Virus record (IMG/VR): IMGVR_UViG_3300005764_000019 | Location: 1 to 61,413 of that record | Origin: a virus | Taxonomy: Duplodnaviria > Caudoviricetes | DNA: 61,413 bases | Reading direction: 5' to 3' (one strand) | Shown: one piece after another, positions 43,988 through 52,900 of the stretch | Numbering within the stretch: position 1 is the stretch's first letter | Layout: each line of letters starts with the position of its first letter | The notes under the pieces: generated by a model | The model's database searches: none | What the model was told of the DNA's origin: nothing | The model's input: only the letters and a program-made list of their open reading frames with translations | Translations under genes and position numbers: made by a program

Positions 43988-46900
43988 ATGGCAGATTTTG
44001 TTGACGCCTTTGATCGAGTGATTAGCAGCATCGACCGTGTGAACACGACCACGACCGAAGTGCGCGAAATGCTCAGGACGTTAATGACCGGCAACGTCGG
44101 CACACCCTCGGTGCCCGGCAAACCGGAAGACAAAATCGGCCCTTCCCTTTCCTCCATTCAGCAGAACATCGCCCAATTGCAAGCCGTCGCTCAATCGAAC
44201 GTGGCAGCCTCCGTACATAACGGCAATGTCCTGGCTCAGATCAAGGGCCTCATCGAGCAATTGAACGCAAACTTCGACAAGGAAGTGGGTGCCGCTAAGT
44301 CCCATGTAGACGCGGGCGTTGCCGCCGCCCACGCGCCTGCCAAGGGTGGCATGGTGGATAAAGGCGATTATGGCAAGGGTGGTGGCAGCACGTTGGAGAA
44401 GGCCAACCAGAGTCTTGAGCAAAATATCACCGGCATTCTCGGACACGTTACCAGCATGGCCGAGAAGCTGAACCAGATGGCGGGCCACATTCAGGAAATA
44501 CGGGACGCGGGACTCGCCAAGAAAAGCCTGGCTGTTAAGGACACGCTGGCCAACCAGACGTTGACGACCATCAAGGATACCCTGGTCGAATGTTGTAAGA
44601 ACGTCACCAATATATCCAATGCGTTAGGCGGGAAGGCAGCCGCCACGGTCGGTGCAAGCCTTGCGGCGGGGACGGTTCCTGGCGCTCCTGCTGCCGCCAC
44701 TCCTCCTCCACACGAGCCGCCCGAACCTGCTGCCACCACTCGAACGAAAACCAGGAAAAAGCCCCCGCCAGGTATCGACGCCGAGGATATGCTGCACGAT
44801 TTCGAGTATGAATTGCACAATATCGACTACGGCACGGGCATGAGGAGCCATTTCTACCGCGTTTCCTCGCAGTGGCTCAGCAGTCTCGAACAAGGCATCA
44901 TGGGTTTTGGCGATAAGGCCAAGACCGTATTGCAGTCGGTATTCGGCGGGGTGGGTGCCGAATTCAAGTTCATCAAGGACATTCGGGCAGCCGCTTACGA
45001 AACCGCCGGTGTTACTGGCGAGGCCCAGAAACTTCAACGGCAGTACGAGAACATCGGCAAGACGGTATATCTCACGGGCGTAGATCGGGACGAGTTCCAG
45101 AAGGCATATCTCAAGAATCTGCGTGCCGGCATCCGCGACTCCAAGCAAGCCCAGGCCATCGCCACGGCACAACTCAACACCGAGAAGCAGTTGGGGATGC
45201 AGGCCGGTGAACTGGAAAGCACGTTCCAAGAATGGACGATGGCCGGGCGCATGACCAATATGCAGGTCGCGGAGATGGGCCGTGGGATGCGCGAAGTTGC
45301 CCGTAACACTGGACTCACCGGCGAGGCATTAAAGAAGGCCGTCAGCACCGGGCAGGAGTTTATCACCCAACTGCGTAACGCCGCCCAACTAACCGCCAAC
45401 GCCGCCAAGAACGTCCTTGAGATCGCCGCCAACGCCCAGAAACTTGGCGTTGAGAAGGCCATGAACCCACTCCTGAAAGCGATGACCAGCAGCAATGAGT
45501 TGCTGGTAAACGCTTCCAAGGAGACGCAGAGTCTTCTGTTTATTGCCGCCGGTCATGCTGGTCGCACCCAGGAATTGATGCAAGGTACGGTGCTGCGCAC
45601 CAAGCAAGGCATCAAGGATATGAAGAAGGGGTTTGAGGCCATCCTCAAGTCGTTCGGCGTCGAGAGTGCCGAGGCCATCGACCAACTTTCCGACTCGGCC
45701 AAATTCAGCCTCAACATGAATATCAAGGCTGCGTTCGGGATGGAGTTGGGTGAGTTCCGCAACACGATGGAGGCATTAGGCGAGTCGGGCAAGGGTTTGG
45801 CCGACCGCCTGGCCGACATCAACAAGGAACGGCAAAAGAACCTCACGCTTGAAGAAAAGACGACCCTGCTGGAGAAGGAGCGTGCCCTCAAAGCAGCCGC
45901 CTCGCTTTCCATCGTTACCGCACTGGATGAAGCGGCCAAGGGTGCCAAGAACATGGACCAGGCCCTCGCCAAGTTTGGCGACCGACGCAAAGATTTCGAG
46001 GGTGATCTGGAGGCAATGGGTCATGCCTGGACCAGTAACGCCGACGCCGCCAAGGCTGCCATCACGGAAAGCATTCAGAGCATCAACATGGGTCTGAAGA
46101 AGGCGGGTAAGGCGGAACTCAAGATCGGGACAAAGGAGATTGAGGAAGCCCTCAAAGACCCGGCCAAGTTCCGCGAGTTGGGCGATAAACTTTCCAAGGC
46201 CGACCAAGAATTGGCGACGGCCCAGAAGGCTCAACTCGATCCGATGAGCAGGCTGCACCAGGGCATGATGGAAGTCAACGACTCCATCAGGAACTTCGCC
46301 CAGGGAGCGATAAGCAAGCTGCTGGCTCTGGTGGGTACTGCGGGTTTGATCGCCACCATCTTGACCTCCCAGATTCTCAAGACCCTTATCGCCATCAAAC
46401 TGTTCCTGCGAAGCATCAATGCGTCGGGTGAGGGCGTAGAACTTAACGTACTTCAGGAAGGGATGCTTGCTTGGCAGAAGAAAATGCCCAGATTCCTTGG
46501 TGGAAAATCCAAGGAAGAAGTCAAGGCGTTAAAGGCCCAAATGCTCGCTGCCAACGCAGGTTACGACGTGGCAGCGCAACAGAAAGTATACCAGGCAACC
46601 TTGATGAAGGAGCAGGCCAAGCGAGGAACGCCGGGTGCCGGGGGAGGCGCGGCGGGCGGGGCCGACGTTGCTGATATAGAAAAAGCCATCGGCCTTGCAC
46701 CGGCGAAAACTGCGGCGGCTACTGCGGCTGCCGCACCCGCCGAGGTCGCTTCCAAGGACGCGATTACTCACGACATCCTCAAGCAAGGTTTCCAGACCAC
46801 CTGGGACTTGCTGCGCCAAATTGTCAACTGTGTCTGCAAGCAGATTAGGGAGGAGCAGACCGCCAAAGCCATCGACAACATGGGCAAGAAGCTCGACACC

Positions 46901-49900
46901 GGCGAATTGGCGATCAAGGAACCTCGTAAAGCTGCCGACATCCAAAAGGGATTGGAAGGCCAGATAGCCGCCAAGGAGAAAGCCCTTCAGGACAACCTGC
47001 GCAAAGAAAAAGACCAAATCTTCAAGGACAAGAAGGCCGCTCTCATGGCGGCTGAAAAAGCCAAGACCGGCGGCGCTATCACACCCGAACGTGAAAAAGA
47101 AATATCCAAGGAAGCCTTCACCGCGTCCAGGGCGGAAACCAAGGAAGCGGAAGCCAAGGTTGCGCTCCAGCAAGAAGCCCTTGCCGCCCGGAAGAAGGAA
47201 GCGGCACAACAGGCAGCATATACAGCAGGCGCAGAGGCCCAGAAGAAGGCGGTGCAGGAGCGCGTCAAGGCGCTGCCGAAGGAGGAACAGACTAGGGAAA
47301 ATATCGCCAAGATAACCAAGGAGGAGCAGCAAAGGCGAATGGAGGCTGCCAAGGGGCCTGAAAAGGCGATGATTGACAAACGAGTTGGCGCAAAAATGGT
47401 TGCCGCCACCGGGGCCACTGGTGCTGAGGCCGACCTTCTAAAGCAAAAAGCTGCTGTTCTCTCCAAAGAAGAAAAGCTCGCCAAACTCAAGACCAAGACC
47501 TCCTCCCCCGGCGAAATCTGGCAGGTCAAGACGATGGCCAAGACCGTCAAGGTGGAGAAGGCCAACGCGGCTGCGGCGGCTGCTTCCGAAGGTGCCAAGG
47601 TAGAAATCGGTGGTCCAGTAACAGTCGATACGGCGGATGTGCAGAAGGCCGCAGAAGGCGGCATCATGGGCCAGTTGGACGCCCTCAAGAACGCCGGCCC
47701 GCAACTGGCCAAAGGCGCGATGATGCTCGCCGCGTTGGCGGTGGGCCTGGTCGCCCTCGCCGCCGTCATTGTCAAGATTTCCGAAAAGATCATGAAGGTC
47801 ATGAATCTCGATCCCAAGAAGGCAATCGAGATCGGTGAGACTGTCGCTGCTGTCGTCGGGGTCGGTGCTGCGTTAGCGGGTGCTGCATATGCAGCCATCG
47901 AACCGCTCAAGTCAATGGCCGACATGGTGACGAAGGCCGAGGAAGGGGCGGACGAGGCTGCTGGCGCACCGTGGGCTGAACTCGCAAAGAAGCTCGCCAT
48001 CGGCGCGGCAGCCCTGGTAATCCTCACACCCGCAATCCTGGTACTTGCTATTGCCCTGGTCAAGATGAGCCAGGGCCTCACCTTCCTGTTCGGGATGAAC
48101 TGGCAGAAATCCCTCGAAACCGCCGAGAACGTTGCTGCCTTGATCGGCGTGGCTGCCGCTATTGCCACTGCGGTAGCTGCGGCCACCGAGGGCATCAAGA
48201 AGATTGGTGAACTGGTCAAGACCGAGGGGTTTGTCAAGGACATGGTGGAGGGCGCTCTCGCTCTCCTCATCCTGACGCCCGCCGTGATGCTCCTGGCAGT
48301 AGCCCTGGTCAAGTTCGTGCAAATTCTGACCAGCGTATTGGGCCTCGACTTTAGTTCGATGATAAAGGTTGCCAAGGACATCGCCGGCTTCCTTATCGCC
48401 GCCGGTGCCATTGCCACCGCCATACTCGTTGCCAGTGTCGCCCTTGGCGCTCTGGGGTTCCTGGCGTCCGAAGTCCCTGAGATCATCGGCTTCGTTTATC
48501 TGGGCGTTCTTGCCTTTGGCCTATTGATACCGCCCGTCCTTGCCTTCAGCCTCGCCATTTGGGGCTTCATCAAGATACTGGAAGCACTCTGGACGGTGGA
48601 GGACGCCAAGAACGCGACCAAACTGGTCTGGGCCACCTTCACCGCGTTTACCCTGACCGCCCTGGGCATTGCTGCCGCCGCCGGTATTCTTGCGGGCATC
48701 GGCGCTCTCTCACCGACCGCCGGTTATATCGCCGGCCTAGCCTGGATGGGTATTCTCGCCTTGGCCCTGATGGCACCCCCGGTCCTGGCCTTCTTCTTTG
48801 CCTTATACGGGTTCATCCAAATACTACAAGGTCTGTGGACCATCGAGGAGGCCAAGGCTGCTTCGGAACTGGTATGGGCGACGTTTAAGGCGATGGGTCT
48901 TGCGGCCCTGGGCATTGCTGCCGCAGCCGGTCTGCTGGCTGGCATCGGCGCGATGGCGTGGTATGCCGGATTTATCGTCGGGCTAATGTATGTGGGCATT
49001 ATCGCCCTGGCCATCATGACCCCGCCGATTGTGGCGTTCTTCTACGGGATGATCGCCTTCATCAACTTCCTGCAAAGTTTGTGGACCCCGGAGGAGGCGC
49101 AACAGGCTTCTGACTTGGTGTGGGCCAGCTTCAAGGCAATGGGCCTGGCCGCTCTGGGCATTATAGCAGCCGGCGCATTACTGGCGGGCATTGGCGCAAT
49201 GGCCTGGTATGCAGGATTCATCGTCGGCCTGGTTTGGGTGGGCATTATTGCCCTGGCGATCATGACCCCGCCCATCATGGCTTTCATGTTCGCCCTCACG
49301 GCCTTCATTGAATTCCTGCGAAGCCTATGGACGGTGGAGGAGGCCCAGCAGGCGGTCGATTTAGTCTGGTACAGCTTTGAGGCGATGGGCCTCACCGCCC
49401 TGGGCATTGTTGCCGCCGCCGCGTTATTGGCCGGCATCGGTGCGATGGCAGCTATGGCCGGCTGGATCGTTGGTTTGGCGATAGTGGGTGCAATTGCCTT
49501 TGCCCTCATGACCATCCCGGTGATAGGGCTGGCTGCCGCCATTCGTGCATTTATCGGAGTCCTTGAGAGTCTGTATGGCAGCGCCGCCCAAGCCAAGGAA
49601 ATGAGCGAACTGGTAACGGCGGTATTCGATGCAATGGGCACGGTGGCCTGGAACGTCATAAAGGCGGCGGCATTTCTGGTGCCATTGGGTTTGCTTTCAT
49701 TTTGGGCCGGATGGATTGCGGGAATGGCCTTCGCGGGGGCGATAGCCTTCGCGGTGTTGAGCATCCCGGTGCTGGTACTGGCGGCAGCGATCCTCGCCTT
49801 CATCAAGGTAATGGAAGGTCTTTACGGCACTGCCGCGAAGGCCCAGGAAATGACGAAGCTGGTTGAGGCGGTTTTCGAGGCGATGGGTACGGTTGCCTGG

Positions 49901-52900
49901 AACGTCATAAAGGCGACCGCCTTTCTCGCCCCCTTGGGCTTCCTGAGTTATTGGGCAGGCTTTATAGCGGGATTGGCCTTCCAGGGCGTTATAGCTTTCG
50001 CCATTCTGAGCATTCCAGTATTGCTCCTGGTGGCGGCAACCTATGGATTCATCAAGATTTTGGAGGGCCTGTACGGCACCGCCGCCAAGGCCAAGGAAAT
50101 GTCCGAGTTGGTCAACGCCGTCTTCGACGCGATGGGCACGGTGGCATGGAACATCATCAAGTCGATTCCCTTGTTGGCGGGCCTGGGACTGTTGGGCTTC
50201 TGGGCCGGATATATCGCGGGCCTGATGCTCGCGGGGGCGGCTGCGTTCTTCATCATGGCCGCACCCGTGGCTTTGTTCGTTGCCGGGGTCATGACGTTGG
50301 GCAGGTCCATGCTCCAGGCCAACACCGCCGACGAAGCGAAGAAGATTGCCGAGGGTATCAAATCGCTCATGGAGTCCGCCGGTTCGGTCATGGGCGAAGT
50401 GATGAAGATGAAGGATGTCATGAAGAAGCTAGGGGCTGGCACCGGCATCCTCTGGTGGAAGAAAGATGCCCAGACTGCGGCCCGTGAGACGGCGGCGATC
50501 ATGCAGGAGGGTTCCAAAGCCTTCTTTATCATGGCCAAACCAGTAGGCGAGTTCGTTTCCTCGTTGATGGACTTGGGCCGGGAGATGATGCAGGATACCG
50601 ATGCCGAGGAGGCTAGGGAAATAGGACAGTCGATCAAGACGTTGATGGAGTCCGCCGGCTCGGTCATGGGTGAAGTCATGAAGATGAAGGACACCCTGAA
50701 GAAATACGGGGTTGGCTCCGGCATGTTGTGGTGGAAAAAAACGGCCAGCCAAAAGGCTAATGAAGTCGCCACCGTATTGAAGGAGGGTGGCAATGCCTTC
50801 ATGATAATGGCCGCGCCTGTCGCGGATTTCGTTCGGCGGCTTATGGACCTGGGAAGGCAGATGATCGGAAGTACGGATGCGGACGACGCCAAGGAAATAG
50901 CGCAGGGCATAGAAGAAATAATGAAGACCGGGGCGGTCATCTTCCAATCGGTCGCCACCATTCAGGATAAGCTCAAGGGGATGGGCATGTCCACTGGTTG
51001 GTGGCTATGGAAGAAAAGCGCGCAGCAGCGTGCCGACGAAACCAAGAAGTTGCTGGAGGACGGAGCCAAAGCCTTTATGACAATGGCCGGGCCGGTTGCG
51101 CCATTCATGCAAGACCTGATGAATCTGGGTCAGAGTATAACCGGCGGGATGGATGTAGAGGAAGCCCAGGAAATAGGCAAAAGTATTGACGCGGTAATGA
51201 AGGCTGGCGGTGCAGTCTTCGAGGCCGTCGCCAAGACCCGCGAGGAACTGGAGAAATTGGGCACTGGTTCGGGCTGGCTATGGTGGAGCAAGAGCGCTAA
51301 AGAAAAGGCGGAAGAAACCGCAGACCTGATGAATAAAGGCGCGGAAGCCTTCGGCATCATTGCCGCGCCTGTCATGCCCTTTATGGCATCGTTGATGGCG
51401 ATGGGGCAGAGCCTCACGGGCATAATGCCATTGGAACAGGCCCAGAAACTTGGGGAGGGCATCGGCGCGGTCCTGAAGGCCGGCGGTGCGGTCTTCGAGG
51501 CGGTGGCCAGCACCCGCAATACCTTGACGACAATGGGCACCGGCGAGGGCTTTTGGCTGTGGAAGAAAGATGCGAAGAAGGTGGCTGAAGAAACCGCCGA
51601 CTTAATGAACAAGGGTGCCGAAGCATTTCAGATTATTGCCGAGCCGGTAATGCCGTTCATGGCCAGACTGTTGGCGATGGGTCGGATCATAACCGGCGGC
51701 ATGAGCGCCGAGGAGGCCAAGAAGTTAGGCGATGCTATCGCTTCGACCTTGAAGGCGGGAAGTGCGGTTTTCAAGGGAATAGCCACAACCCAGAAGTTGC
51801 TCAAGAAACAGCCGCCTGTGTGGCTGGCGAAAATAATCGCTGACTGGATGTGGGAAGCGACCGACGCCTTCCTGATGATAGCCGATCCGGTCATGTACTT
51901 GCTGAAGGCCGTACTGACTGCGGCCAAGAGCCTGGGTCCATCCGCACAGGTCAAGGACGCTGCCGAGTCGATTAAGGCCATCGTGCCGATGCTCAAGGCC
52001 ATCCCCAAGGTGATTCAATCGGTCGCCACCAAGCTCATTCCGATTGTGCAGTACGGGACGGGCGGACTGTCGCCGGAGGCATTGTTGTCATCTGCCGACG
52101 ACTTCGCCATGTTCTTCGCCTCGGTCGCGGAGTTCCTTGACAAAGGCATCATCGACCCAATTTTCAAGAAGATTGGCAAGCCCCAGGACGTGAAGATGGC
52201 AGCCGAGGCGATGAAGGCGATGGTGCCTCTCATCAACTATATTCCCCCGGTCATCAGGCGCACCGCAAGCGCTTTATTGCCGTTTGTCAAGGAAGGCACG
52301 TTCGCGGCCAATTTGGCGGACGACATAAAGAAAAAGAAGGACGACTTCAAGAAGTTCTTCGGGGATTTAGCGGAGTTCCTTGACCAAGGCATCATCGACC
52401 CTATTTTCAAGAAGATTGGCAAGCCCCAGGACGTGAAGATGGCAGCCGAGGCGATGAAGGCGATGATACCTCTAATCGGCTCCATCCCGCCTGTTATCTG
52501 GTTGACGACCTACAACCTCATCCCATTCGTGAAAAAAGGCACCTATTCGTTCAAGGTCGCTGAGGAATTGAAACAGTACAAGGACGACTTCAAGAATTTC
52601 TTCATTAGCGTAGCGGACTTCCTCAACGACGGCATTATCGACCCGATCTTCAAGAAGATCGGCAACCCGCGCGACGTGAAGATGGCGTCTGAGGCGATGG
52701 TGGCGATGGTGCCCCTCATCGCGTCAATCCCACCTGCGGTATATGGCGTGGTGTATGGCCTGTTCCCGTTGCTCCGACCAAACATCTTCGGCCCGGCACC
52801 GGCCACCGTATTGCTGGATTACAAAGAACAGTTCAAGACATTCTTCACCGCGTTGGCTGAGTTCCTGGGACAAGGAATCATCGACCCGATCTTCTTCAAG

